From: Tubiluchus corallicola | Taxonomy: Eukaryota > Animalia > Priapulida | DNA length: 64,000 nucleotides | Direction: 5' to 3' | Assembly: GCA_030141605.1 (NCBI GenBank) | Contig: JAQGDQ010000097.1 | Location: forward strand, 62,001 to 126,000 | Part shown: positions 47,082 through 60,893 of the stretch, piece after piece | Numbering within the stretch: the stretch's first letter is position 1 | Layout of the letters: every line of letters begins with the position of its first letter | Notes under the pieces: model-generated | What the model was told of the DNA's origin: nothing | Databases searched by the model: none | The model's input: the letters and a program-made list of their open reading frames with translations, nothing else | Made by a program: the position numbers and the translations under genes

Positions 47082-50000
47082 TCGTAGGAAATTCGTAATA
47101 ATTTTATCGTGTTTAAACATGTTAATGTGATAGCGTGGTAGTGCGAAACCAACATTCTACTTTGGCGCATTTATGCCCTCAGCCAAGTTAGAAGCACCGT
47201 GGCTTTATAAGAGAATGTTTTATCTGTAGGTTTTATGTAAAGTGAAGAAGTTGTGCGTAACTGACAGACAGACAAAACCTCATAATATGCTAACTAATGT
47301 CTCACAGATAGTGTTAAATTGTCAAAAAATGTTTAAATCAGTTTGTAAAAGCAGTAACCTTGTCGTACTTTTAGTTTCACCTTAGTGATATATACAAGGT
47401 CAATTTTCATATACGAAAGAAGTTTCTTCGATTTTAAAGCCAAGTTTTTATGCAAAATAAAATAAAAGTTTAATTTTTGTCTATATATATATACACGCAT
47501 GTTTCTAAATTATTCATTTAAAGTGAAAATGGCTTTTGTTAATCAAATTAAAAAAAAACTTGTCTGTTTAGCACGTGGGTGTTGGAGTTGTTGAATCAAT
47601 TTATTCTTTTAAAACTGCAGATAATTGAAGGTTATGAGTGATCCTTCGGTTCTGACAGATGACATTTATCTGTCAGATGGCCATTTATTCCAATGTTGCA
47701 TTGTTATATCTGCTAATGTAAAATTTTACCGTAATGTTTCACAGCTTTATAAGAAGCTTGAAATGAATTGTGCCCCCTTCCTCCTCTGGAAACCCTCCTG
47801 ACTGTTGTGTAAATTTGAGCCAAAACTAGGCAATGACTAATTGAAAGTTTGCAAGACTGACGTAAATGTAATTTTCTTTTGCAAATTTCAATGTGATCTC
47901 TACTTAGCAATTAATTGTGGCTAGAAGCTTAGAACTAAGCTATACTGGAGAATTCTAGGGATTAGTAGAGATTACCACCTTTTGTTGCTTACCGTTAACA
48001 ATTGCTCGACACTGTGGAACTGATATTTTTGTGTAAGATTGGCTAGCAAGTTAAAGTATAGTCCTTTAACTGCCTCGTTAGCAGAACATCTCCATTACTA
48101 TTAACATGTATAGTTAGAGCATTATTTATAATGTTGTGGATCATTGTGAAAGGCACTGGAGGCACTTTCATGCTATAATTGCTTTGTGTAGTTGTTCAAA
48201 TATATGTGACCATATGTCTTACACTTACATGCGTTTTCCATGAACCCGTGCAAGACAATTTATGTTTAGCCACCTGAAAGCTCTGTAGATAGTGTTTCTC
48301 AAATACAATGCCAAAAGTGAATTGTAAATACCATTGTAAATTGTACAAGTAAATTGTTTTTGTATAAAATTTCTTGGTCTTGTAATTTTATTAAACTCTA
48401 GCACAAAAGCATCAAGAATTGTAGAGAAAATGTGGCATTCCTAACAGTGGGATGGCAGTATGGCTTATAACATTATTTTGAAAATTCATATTTGGTTACT
48501 GTGTGTGCTTACTGATATGTTAAGCAGGCAATCATCCCATCTTAAGGTTAAGTGTACTACACCAATGCGTCTTAACTACAACCGTCGTGTGGGTAAAGAC
48601 CGTCTGCCACATCAGTTTTTTTACAGTCTTTACTTGCTTATGTATTAGACTGTGCATAGAGTGATTTACTAATAGGATCTTGCTTGGGAACAAGAAAAAA
48701 TGAGCTAAGTAAGGTTCTACCTAGCTGTTAAAACATGTCAAAACTGTTACTATTACAATAGCATGAACTGCGAACACGAGGCATTGTCAAGTGTATACAA
48801 ATGCGTTGTCTGGTGCATTTAACCTTTTCACAAATGTCATCAATTGCTGGAACTGTGAAAAGGCTTACTAAAGATCACAACTATGCCCTTTCTGGACACA
48901 CATCTGTCATTATTTTTACCTAATACCAAGGTCCTTCTGGCACTTTTTAACCCTGGTGTGTAGCTTTGACAGTAATTCTGCCACAGTAAATATATCATGT
49001 TTCCCCTTTTCTTAAATCACTCATCCAATTTGCTTAAGAAACATGTAAAACATATTATAATGCAATGAATCAATGTAAACAACATATCAATAATTTATTT
49101 TACACCAATAAACATGAGAAAAGCATAGTTACACAAATATATCAGCATACAGATCTTCATAGGATTATGTGCACCACCAGATTAGAGCTATCGAGATTTT
49201 GAGTCACTTTCTTTTACTCTAAAAAGAAATCCAACTTGTTTTAAAGTGACAGGTTAGGTATAACAGTTCTAAATACCAGAGAAGTCAGAAGCAGGGAAGA
49301 GCTGTTCAACTCATATGTGGCCCATTCAGTTTTCTAAAATTGAAAGTGGTTTGACACCTTTGCATGTTTCTGTGAATGTAAAGTAAGTAAACTATGCCGC
49401 CTACATTAAGCGAGGTTGCATTATAAGGGGGAGGGGGTATTACAGCGAGGTTTGACTGTACAATTTACAGCTGAATATTTTACTTGTCAAAGAAATAACA
49501 AGTGTCTAAATAACCAAACATTGCAGACTTTGAAACAGTCAACAGTTAACCACTTCGGTTGCATCACACTTTTGCTGAACTAATTTTCAATTTGCTTCTG
49601 ATGTCCCTGGTTATGGTTAACGTAAATGAAAAAGTAAAAACTACAAAAGGTATCGCGAGCCTGAAAAATGATATGACTCAAGCCGATATTCTGGAAGCCA
49701 ACAATATTTCTATGACAAAGAAAATGAACTTAAAAATAGGAAAAGAGGCCCATTGCTTGAAATAAAGCACTTTTGTTCAAAAAGCTTGCCAACAACAATT
49801 TGTTTGTCTCAGTACTTAAAAAAATATTTCAGGAGTCGAGAAGTTGGTTTCAAAGGATAACCAGCATCAAGAGCAAAAGTATTTTGTAAGCAAATATGTT
49901 GATTTATAATCCACACCGGTGTAGTTTTTTTTAAAAAAAAGTTACTGCAGAGAGCAAGTTAGTAATTAATAGAACTGTCTATAACTTGAAAACAAACCGT

Positions 50001-51218
50001 CCACATTTTAATGCACATAATTCCAGAAACTAAGTAGCAAACAAACTACACTGTTCGACTATAACATAATGCTTTTTGTATAATAGGCAAGCTGCAACTT
50101 CCAGGCACGTAAGTATTAAAGGCTTTAGCCAGCTGATTACAATAGAACATCTGACAACATAAACGCTGTTCCAAGCTGAAATAACGATTATAAACCAAGA
50201 ACTAGTTTGCCTCTTAATATGAAAACTTAATGATGTGTGTGATTTTGTAAAATACTTAGCTCTACACACTTTAAAAGGGAATGCTATGCGCTTCACTGGT
50301 TCTTTATAAAATTAATATGAAATACTAACCAAGATGCCTTAGACATTTGGGAAGGGCGTGAAATAATTTCAGTATGGTTTTGCAAACCAATTTCTCACTT
50401 GGAGCCTAGTTCATCTTAGCTAGGAAGCTTACTATAGTCAGAAAAACTAGTAGTACCTAATAAAAAGTATTGAAATTACATGAATCAGTACTATGTAAAG
50501 CTATTGATTAGTTTCACTATATACAGCCTATGCTCTTAAGAGCTACATTTAATGGGCAAATTCCTTTATACAGAATATCACAGCATTGAACAGCTTTAAT
50601 GGTACGGTACTAAGAGCCAAATAATAAAGAAATTTCTGTCCAAATAACATTACATGACTAGCCAAATATACTAAACACATGTTTATGAGAACTAATGCAG
50701 AAATGTTTGTAAGCTGAAGCAATAAACGTTAGCATGTGTAATCGGCACTATTGTCACAAATTCATAAATATGGTACATGTTTTAAACACGGTACCTAGTC
50801 GACTAGTCAATGAAAGACTGCAAGCATATTTACAATGCAAAAATGTACAATCTCAACAGGAAATACATCTATAGCAAGTACACAGAAAATGACCGTATGC
50901 GGCTAAGCGTCACTTGCAGTCATAGCTCAACCGGTTGCAAAACGGTTACTCCGCAAATCTGCATTAAGAGCTTAAAAATAACTTAGAAACAAATTAGTTT
51001 CTTCTTAGATTTGCTGACACAGTACGTGAAAGTCTTGAAAAAGCAAAGTTGGATGTAACAAATTGCAAAGTTCTGCAACTTCTGCAAGTATAACTGTGCC
51101 AAATTGTTCTCTCATCTTAGTTCAAATTTTGAAAATGTATACAACAAGTAAAGAGAGAGATAAGACAACTTAGCTAGCATATGATAACAATAAATTGCAC
51201 TATGATTAAGCAAATGTT

Positions 51219-52085
51219 CTAGCGTGGTACCACCTCTTCTTTCTTGCTTGTCATAAGGCTCTTGGCAAGAGAATAAGCTACAGCAAGAGTCATAGCTCCT
51301 ACAACCATACTTTGTGCTTTTACTCGCAAGTGCATCAGGTACACAGAAGCAGACATGTTGCCACGGTTCTTGAAATGGTAAACGCCATACCCTACCATTC
51401 CAAAAAATCCAAGCATGCCTGAAAAAGCAGTTGCAAATAATGACTACCAGTTTGTACAAAGAAGCCAACTCAAATTACATCAAGGGATTTGTGAACGACA
51501 GTACATACCATAATAAACTGAATGGACCTGGGAGGAAGACCATAACAGTAACAGGAAATCTTGTACCACTATAATACCAGGTTCATTTTTTTTATTTTAT
51601 AAATGTTATTTAAGAAACTCTAACTCTAATTCTAAAGTAATCCTTTCACTCTGTTTTTTCAGTTACCTTTACATACATGTGAAAACTATCATTTTGTGTA
51701 TAGATATTATCCAGCTCTCAATCTAATGGCAAAATTGCAGCAAAATCAGTTAATGATGCAGTAGGCCAAAAAGTATTATTTTATATTTGTTACGTACGTA
51801 AGATTAAAATTTTTATTTCGTAAAGGAATTTTGTTATATTGATGTGAACAGCAAAGGAGTAAATAAAAACAAAAATCACCACAACCGCTCGGTACCATCA
51901 TACACAAACTAGACAAGAGAAATATAGGCTACTCAACAGAATGGGTGATATCAAATAAATATATTTTACTTACCCAAAGGAACAACAGGATCCTTTTTAA
52001 ATTTCTTCAGTGACTTCGTAACTATGCTCTCCTCCTCAACATTGGAGTCATATATAGCTCCGAGTGCCTGCTCTTTGTCAGTCAT
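51219..52085 (-). CDS. HIGD1A: HIG1 domain family protein (HIGD1-like, mitochondrial inner membrane), 103 aa, 2 coding exons
   Basis: Exons 52085-51974 (MTDKEQALG...KKFKKDPVVPL) and 51418-51219 (GMLGFFGMVGYGVYHFKNRGNMSASVYLMHLRVKAQSMVVGAMTL...), phase 1 GT-AG intron. HIG1 signature with two hydrophobic segments. A noncoding exon probably ends at 52319. Confidence 0.93.
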
Positions 52086-52399
52086 ATTACACAGTTAAGA
52101 ATCTGAAGGTTTATGAAAAAAAAACATAAGCCTAACATTGTTTCAAACGTTGTAACCGAGTTAACGGAGGCAATTAATAAGAGACATCGTTGCAATTACT
52201 ATTCATTTCTTTGTTATTTACTGAAAAATCAACATTACAGAAGCTCACTACTTACTTCTCAAAAATGAACCTATAAAATTTAGGTCGAAAGGTCAAAATA
52301 AGTGATGATGCAACTTACCAAAGAATGTAACAAAACGACTTTAAAGTTTAAACTGGTGTCCAGAATATTGTAGTGTACAGTATATAGCACCTCAATCGA

Positions 52400-52730
52400 T
52401 CACCTTTGGCAGGAAGTCCCGAACGAAAGACCTTTATACTCAAAGCGACGACAGCAGACAAAAACGAAATTCCAAAGTCAAAGAAAACGCAGACTACACG
52501 TGAAAATTTTCTTACTTGTGCGCATGTGTTCTACTGGCACGAAGACACGCACTTTCAATCCGCATGCGTAATAAAATAAAACTCGCACGTAGGATAGCCT
52601 CAACAGACAGAATGTAATTGAAGAATTTGATGACGTACGACTGGAAATACGCATGCTCAAATCAATAAACCGCTGAGGCGCAACCGTTGTCTGCTATGAA
52701 CAAAAAAATTCAAATTTAAATGACGTCATG
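52400..52730 (-). promoter_or_regulatory. Probable HIGD1 promoter (CpG-rich; ETS, NRF1-like, HRE and CRE motifs)
   Basis: CAGGAAGT 52410, CACGTG 52497, TGCGCATGTG 52519, CCGCATGCGT 52560, TACGTGC (minus strand) 52585-52591, TGACGTCA 52721. Confidence 0.55.
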
Positions 52731-54844
52731 AGAAGAAACGCACAGCATCAGTTACAGAGCTAACTACGCCATAATTAAATGGTGTTGTTAAGGCAACCGT
52801 AACGCAGACGGATTAAACTCTTTTAAAAGTTATTAACGCTCGAGGCATGAATAATTGTAATTACTTTGAGTCATTTTAATTTGACAACCATTCGTTAAAG
52901 ATGTGATTGCTACGTCGCCTTTCTACTAATTTATGCTAAAAAGTACTATTGAAAAAACGTGGATTCTATTGGTGCCTCATAGTCTACTCAGGATTTGAGA
53001 TTTTGAGTGTATCGTTAAATTGTTTGCAGCACTTGATAGTGTAGCATATTGCTATGTACGATTAACGTAAACTGTGATAATTTTAAAGTAACCAGAGTCT
53101 TTGGCTTATGCGCATGCCAAAAAGCTATTATGCTTCTTCTTAATAGTGAATTATAATTAAACGTGTTCGTGTCTAGCTCTAATAGACGAATCGATCGCGA
53201 CTTAGATTTCGTTATCATAATAGTATAAATGGTCTGCTTCGGCTTCGCTCGTGGTATTGTTTGAAAAAATGTGTAAGCATCGTGAACTTTCGCCGTCTCA
53301 CATTAAATGAGGCGTGGATGTACCGGTATACCGTCATACAGATTACTTTATTTGCCAGATGAGAAAGTGTCTGCATCGAAATTCTGAACACTTGCAATAA
53401 TGCCATCGCAGCATGCGATTAAAATAACACGAATTACACGTTGAAATACAACATGGTGCTAAAATGTGCTGACATCAAAAATAGAACCATATGATAACGT
53501 TAGTGATAAGATATTGAAATATAACTCGCTAGTTCGTTACAAAAAAAATCATAATTATTTAGGTCTATTACATATATGTTTATAAAATCGCACTTGATGC
53601 ATGCAAATTATATTTTGGTAAGTTCGATATTAGTGCTGGACTAACCCAGGCTCTTTCCAGCTTTGCATAAAAATTACAAAGAAAGAGACAAGCTTTTTAG
53701 AAATCTCTTTTTATCACTTTCCTAGTCTATTATTAGGCTTATGAAAAAATGATAAAATTAGTTGTTATGCAGTTTAAATAAAAGCGACGTATATAATCCC
53801 GTGCTTTAAAATAAAATGTTAGCGTGTTTTACGCTGGTTTAATTTAAATTTATGTCGAAATTTAGACCATTATGGCTACAGTTATATGTAAATTATACAA
53901 GGCTTGTCTATTTTTAATAACGCCGCAACATTTTAGTTCTCACCGGAAGGTTTGCATTGTGGCCGTCAGATGGAGCCAAAATGCCATTAATCATTCTCTA
54001 CTCGGAGGACATAACGATGTAGCTCAAATCTGGTTAATATCTTCGCCCTATTTCTTCAATGCTGTACCCTATATTTGATTGAGTTTCTTTAATCAACGCA
54101 ATTTCTAAAATAACAAAAAATTATTGGCAATTAAAAAATGCGGCATTAATTGTAAAAGTCTTTTGAAACGCAGTCCTGGTGGTTTTTATCCAAGTTTTCA
54201 TGCATTGAGAATATTTTACGATTTCGGTAATACAAAATGTTTACGAGCACTTTCTTAACGTCAGCAAAGTGTAACCGAAACAAGTTAATTTTGCTTTTTC
54301 GAAAAACCAAAGAGTTAAAATTTTTGTGATTAAAAATATTTTTGAAAAGTAGGTAAGCTGCTTGTGCCTAAATTAAACTTTTGATTTGTAAAAAAAAACA
54401 TCAACGTGTTTATATGTACAAAATTATATTAGAAGAGGGCAAAAGACCCCCGGAGACTCTTTGCTTCGTGCAAAAGGCCCCTTTGGTGAATTGTAGATTA
54501 ATAGTATATTATGCAGACAGCATCTTGTGAAATTTACAAGTCTACGCTAGTCTACGAAATAATGTGGCCACCGCAGTCAGTAGGCTTTGAAAGTTAAAGG
54601 GGTCTTTTGCCCCACGGCCCCCACCTTTCCCTACTGGGAGGGCATTCTTGGCATCTTTTGTTCGTCATGTTTCGAATATGCTTCCCTCTGTTCTCATGAA
54701 ACAAACTGTATTGACGCCCCCGCACCGCCTCATATGATGCGTGGTGCAGTCAGAACAAGATACTATAACTGTGTTCTCGCACTAAACAACATCTTAGTGT
54801 TTTTCATCGAGTTATTTATTATTTATTCTCCGCCAGTTTAACAC

Positions 54845-56560
54845 TTAATAACTCGTAAGCCTTGCAAGCTAGGTTCACCAAACTCACAGAGTACACTCTC
54901 TGGGCAAGTTATCTACGTATACATGTGACCCAAATTGCTGGGTCAAAGGTCACAGAGCGGTCAGGTCGTCATTTATTTTTCTTTAAGATCCATCTGCTCC
55001 CACACTTTTTGAATTTTTGAATTAGGGCAACAATATTTTGTATGTTGTCAGATGGGGCCAAGTTGTTGGATATGGCAGAATATGGGTGACTTGGAGGGGG
55101 AAATTTTCCGCTAGGAGGCAAAAACCGAAAAATAGGTGTTGTGAACAGAAATGCATCAAGTATCTATGAATAGCACCATGTAGCATATCAAATGAAAGGT
55201 CTTGATGAGGCGAATCAAATGGTATAGGTTACAGTGTGAATCGTTAAAGATAACTTGGAGTTATAGATAATCGTTATAGATAACGTTATAGATAACTATC
55301 TATATATATTCAAATATAGATAACTTGGAGAGTGTTGTGAATACCCAGTTAAATAAAGTAACAGAATGGTTGAATATCAATAAGCTCTCATTGAATATTA
55401 ATAAATCTAACTTCATGCTTCTAAAAAAGAAAAGGAGAACACCATCACGAAATTTAACCATAGTTCTTAGTAATGTTATTGTTGAAAAAAGTCACATGTT
55501 AAATATTTGGGAATATTTCGTGATGAGCACTTAGACTGGAAGTACCAAATAAGTATAATAAAGCATAAATTGAGTAAAACCTTGGGAATCATCTATAAAT
55601 TACGCAAGTTTGTTAATAGAGAAACATTGATGAAAATCTATTACAGTTTAGTCTACCCATATCTAATATATGGCGTCATGTCTTGGGGTGGTGTATATAA
55701 AAGTAATCTGGAAGCTTTACAAATTACCCAGAACAAAATTCTCAAACTAATATATCATGTAAGGTATGACCATCCCACAAATATAATTTATTTGTCTGTT
55801 AAAACTCTTAAAGTGAAAGAAATATATGACATGTATTGTCTTCATTTCATGTATCAGTATCATAATTCACTACTTCCACCAGCTTTTCAGTCATACTTTA
55901 GTCCAGTTTCAAATCAACATGATCATTACACAAGATATTCAGTCGAAAACTATGTACTCCCCCTTCCAAAAACAAATATAATGAAACAGTCATCAAAATA
56001 TAATGCTATTAAAATATGGTCATCAATTCCGCGTGAAATGAAAACTCTTAATCTTTATCAATTTAAAAAAGCATCAAAGAATTACCTACTACAACGGTAT
56101 AATTAACTCACAATTTTACTCATCCTGATCTTAAGTTACTAACAAAACTTATTTTGTTCTAATGTATGCTATAACTGATGAAAATGTAATGTTAATTGTC
56201 AATTGTTTCACTTATCTGGAGGAGGACTCGAAAGCTCAATGCTCCTTCCCCCGCCTCACAGTAACTCGCATAGTTTATTTTTTTTTCAATGTTATATCAA
56301 TTTATATGTATGTTTGAGTTGCTGTGGAATAAATTCATAATTCATAATTCGTTAACCCGTGACCCAGTTAGGGCAAAATAGGTGTCGAGGAGACAAACGC
56401 CTTCCAGGGTCCATCAAAAGTAGATTGTTGTATATCAAATGAAACGGCTCAATGAGACAAACTGAACGATATAAGTTATGCCAAGATTGTTGACCTTTGA
56501 CCCCTGGGTGATGGGCTGAAACAGTTAAATACCGAGGTTTCATTGTGAAATGCACTTTCC
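54845..56560. mobile_element. Host interspersed repeat (GGTCAAAGGTCA/TGACCTTTGACC-type, Helentron-associated-like) interrupted by a LINE
   Basis: ggtcaaaggtca at ~54941, tgacctttgacc at ~56491, atatcaaatgaaa motif on both sides of the LINE. Confidence 0.45.
55248..56348 (+). mobile_element. 5'-truncated CR1/L2/Crack-type LINE (RT thumb, ORF2 C-terminus and 3'UTR)
   Basis: NKVTEWLNINKLSLNINKSNFM, one frameshift, then VKYLG...LDWKYQI...KLSKTLGIIYKLR...YYSLVYPYLIYGVMSWG...IKIWSSIP; (ATTCATA)n tail; 7-bp TSD tcgttaa at 55241-55247 and 56349-56355. Confidence 0.9.
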
Positions 56561-57747
56561 ATCAAGCAAGGTCAATTCAATAAGAGAAAATAAGAACTTT
56601 AAAAAAGGATGTCGCCTTTTCGTTTTTAAGGCTCAATTTTATAACTATTATTTGCAAGATCTTCAGTTTTTGACCACTTCAGAAATATTGTCAACTAGTT
56701 AGTTATTAATATTGATTTCATATCACTGGATTCTGTGATTTCATGTAGAGAAACTTTTGAAATACGTCTAAAACAGTAATTATATTAATGAAGTTATAAG
56801 ATGAGTTAAAACAATTTTTAAATTTAAAAATTCTAAAATTCAAAAATGCTTTTCGGTTTATGCTGAATGCCGTCATAATCGCAATAACTGACACATAAGC
56901 TTGAAGTACAACATATAATCAGTGATAAAAACAATCACGTGAAAATGATCACTGATATAAAAAAATAAATGCAGAGAGACCTAAGAATCCGAGGCAAGCC
57001 ACCCACAAGTATTTTAATAATAATAATAATAATACTATACTATAGAACAGTATTTTCCAGTTGTTTATGCCTAGTATTTTTGTAAGCTGCTATCCTAAGA
57101 TTAAAAACTGCTGCTTGTTCCTAAGAAACGTTGTGCAGTTGGCACCAATAGTCTTTTTTGAAATTATCTATTTGAGTTTAATGATTTAAAATAAACTTTT
57201 TATATTTTGGGTTAAAGACGGGTGCAGATTTCGATAATCTGATCTCCAATGGAATATTACTCAATATAAGGGGTCATGGTATTTAACTGGGAATTTCTTT
57301 ATATCCGTGCTGCATTGTATGAAATGACAAGTTTTTGCTTTATCTTGCGTTGTAACAATGATGATCAAAATTCTGGTAGAAGATTATTATGACACTAGCC
57401 AAACCCCGCAAAAAATTTGCGCATAAACTCGCAAACCATGCCACACCCACACCCACACCACACCACAACCACACAACACCACAAATACACCACCAATATT
57501 ACACCAAGGCTGCTGTCTGAAATTTTTTATATCCATCAGGCGTACTTGTTTTAATGTTTTAAAAAGGGGCATTGTGTGGTCAGTTTATCCTAAAATGTTC
57601 ACTGCTCTAACTGCTTTTTTGCAATATTTGAATTTTTTGCTTAGCTGCATATGTTCTATCCCCCACTGCAGTCTGTAGCTGAATAACTTAAATTTGGATT
57701 TCAATTTTTTCAAACCTTTTCAAATATATTAATTTTTTTCACTCATA

Positions 57748-58196
<449 letters not shown>

Positions 58197-58579
58197 TCTC
58201 CTTCTCTTTATGTATATGTGCTACCCTTCATTATATTTGAACAACTTAAATTAAGATTTTAATTTTTTCAAAGTGATTGCCTAGTTTATGTCATCAACAT
58301 GATTTTTCGTGCATTAGGCAATTATATTCTTGTAAATATTATTAAAGTATTTTGTAGATTATGCATCTTGCCTTGTTCGCCATTATTGTGCGTTCCTTTA
58401 CTGCAAACTTGCTTTGCTATAACTTTTAGATGTTGTTATTCGACTCGAGCTATTAATTCCATGAAGTGACAGTGTTAATCCCTATAGCTGGCCAATCGAA
58501 TTCAGTGTGAGATCGCTCACATTTGAGTGATTCTAACTAATTATATAATAAAATTGATGAATTCTTCGATAACATTGAA

Positions 58580-58720
58580 CTTTGGACTACCTTGACCACT
58601 GGCAGATACTGAGGTGTCTGGGGCGTCTGCCTTGTAAGCAGAAAGGCCCTGATTCAAATCCAGAATGCGTTCCAACTCTTTCACATTTCCTGTCTTTGAA
58701 GTTTAGTATCAAAATTTAAT
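58580..58720 (+). mobile_element. tRNA-derived SINE copy
   Basis: gcgtctgccttgtaagcagaaaggccctgattcaaatccag head, body shared with 12450-12600. Confidence 0.65.
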
Positions 58721-58985
58721 TATTTGTAGTGTTTGTTATGAATGAAGTAATGAAATATTAATACCTGCAAAGTATCCCGGTGATCCCACACTAATGTTTA
58801 TAGTTGTTTCAGAACTTACTATCTGCATGACAGTTATCCAGGCTTGATATTACTTAACTTCGCAGGAATGTGATAAAATATGAAAATTAGGGAGAAAATG
58901 GTGAGCAGAGCCATCTAATGATCTTTACCAAAGTTAATATGTATTTTTCACAAATATCGTTTTTAAGAGTAATATGACAGCCATA

Positions 58986-58987
<2 letters not shown>

Positions 58988-59049
<62 letters not shown>

Positions 59050-59066
59050 TCTCCCTCCCTCTCTCT
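58988..59066. repeat. (CT)n microsatellite
   Basis: Directly visible. Confidence 0.95.
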
Positions 59067-60780
59067 GGTAATCCGCCTAGTCGACAAACAAAGAATTCTT
59101 TCATTTTCGCCACTCACATTTTAGAACGTGAGTAACGGAAATTAAAAAATAGCTCAATGAAATCATTATCATAAAACCCTCAGTTGAAAACGTATACAGA
59201 GCATTCTCCATTCTACTTTCGTATCGAACTGTGGCCGAGGTTATTGGTGTGTATGAGGCCCGTCTGAATAATTAAGCCTAATACTACAGGGAAGTACTTA
59301 GACCTGCCACCTTCAAATCCCAGCGACTAGTGCCGCCCAAATTAAGCCCAGTATCTTACTCATGAAACCTAAGTGGTTTTTGCATGAATGGAGTGACAGT
59401 GGGGGCCGTTGGCACGCACACACGGTGCCTATATTTGGCAACGATACTATTGCCACTGGGTTGAGTTCTGGCAAACAACACGTGCACAGCTTTTGCATCT
59501 GGTATCGTACGTGTTTGTAATTTTATCTCGTTGAGCGACGACAAATAGAGTTGGCTTCAGTGCTTCGAGTTGCAACAGTTCGGATGATAAAATGCCACTT
59601 ACTTTTGACACTGGAATAAAATAATTATGTAATGTTTAGCGGCACGTGTTGTGGGGCTTCGTCGCTTGTCTAAGGCGTTTACTTGGTAAGAAAGTCCCTC
59701 AAAAGAAATGTTTACAATGTAGTTTTAGTGTTTGCGTTTGTGGTTGAATGGAGGAATGAAGTTTCCCATACTCCAGAGTCTGCCTCTCCCCGGAGTTTGC
59801 TACTGTTGTCCAGTGATTTTAAGAACCGATCGAATAAAACACATTCGCAGGAAGGGCATGGTTTACCAAATTATTTTGACGCCTAGTAAACTTGAACTAA
59901 ATTTTTTATATTTTTATAGACTTCGGCCTACAGTGCTCGCGATGAAATTCGGACATTTAGTAGTTTAGAAAAACAGGTTTTATTTATTTTTTTCTTGCCA
60001 ACATAAAAGTGCTGAGTAAAATTAATATCCAGTGATGTGTCTGTTCCATTTAGTAGAAATTATTAAACAAATTATTGTGTAGAAGAATACGTAGAACTCC
60101 AACAAATATAAATTTATAGGCTACAAGACCTGAATTTTATTATAGAAGAAAAATTTGTCTCTAAAAGGAAAATGACAAAAAGTATATAATTTGATATAAT
60201 ATTATCAAGTAGAAATGAAAAGACATGTACAATTAAAATTGGTCGAGATCTTCTTGGTGACTACTCAAATATCTCACATGATCAGTAATCTTATTCTATA
60301 TTTATCATAACATTCGTTGTCATTTGCTGTAAGAACATTTAATTATTATTTGTATATGCAAATAATATATTGTCTTACTATAAATACTTCAAATAAATAG
60401 TAACGAGTAATCTACATACAAACTATGTAAAACTATTCTAACAAGTACGTAAAATTTATATCAACAAAAACACAAACGTTACGACTTCCACAGTTTAATT
60501 GATACTGCAAATTGTTGTACGTTTAATTAGTACCCATAGGTTTAATGCACATAATTATACAAAAAGGACTAGATACATGTTAATCAATCACTTTTCCTGT
60601 GCACATTTGTAAAATTTAGTTGCTGCTTGCATAACATTTTGTTCAAATGAATTTAAAGTGCAGCAATTAATTATTACATAATTATTTACTTAACTTAAAA
60701 AAACAGCAAATTAGTATGACACAAAACTACTAATTATTCAGTTGTTTTATGTGTACGCCAGTTAACTGGTAGGAACTCTG

Positions 60781-60893
60781 GGCCCATTTTCACAAAGCCG
60801 TCTCTAATTTAACAATTAACAGGTCATTATTAATAGATAAGTAGATGTAATAATGATGTCACTATCTTAGTGACGACTTTGTGAAACCGGTCC
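60781..60893. mobile_element. PIF/Harbinger-type MITE (113 bp) with 3-bp TSD
   Basis: ctg|ggcccattttcacaaag ... ctttgtgaaaccggtcc|ctg. Confidence 0.75.

Noticed and set aside
47651-47677. Hairpin tctgacagat...atctgtcaga downstream of EPC
   Set aside because: Small palindrome, probably a repeat remnant; no functional signature.
51112-51468. 118-aa minus-strand ORF
   Set aside because: Alternative frame over the HIGD1 exon, beginning in the intron.
58620-58665. Possible tRNA-Thr gene
   Set aside because: No intact acceptor stem or A-box; continues into a body shared with another copy, so it is a SINE.
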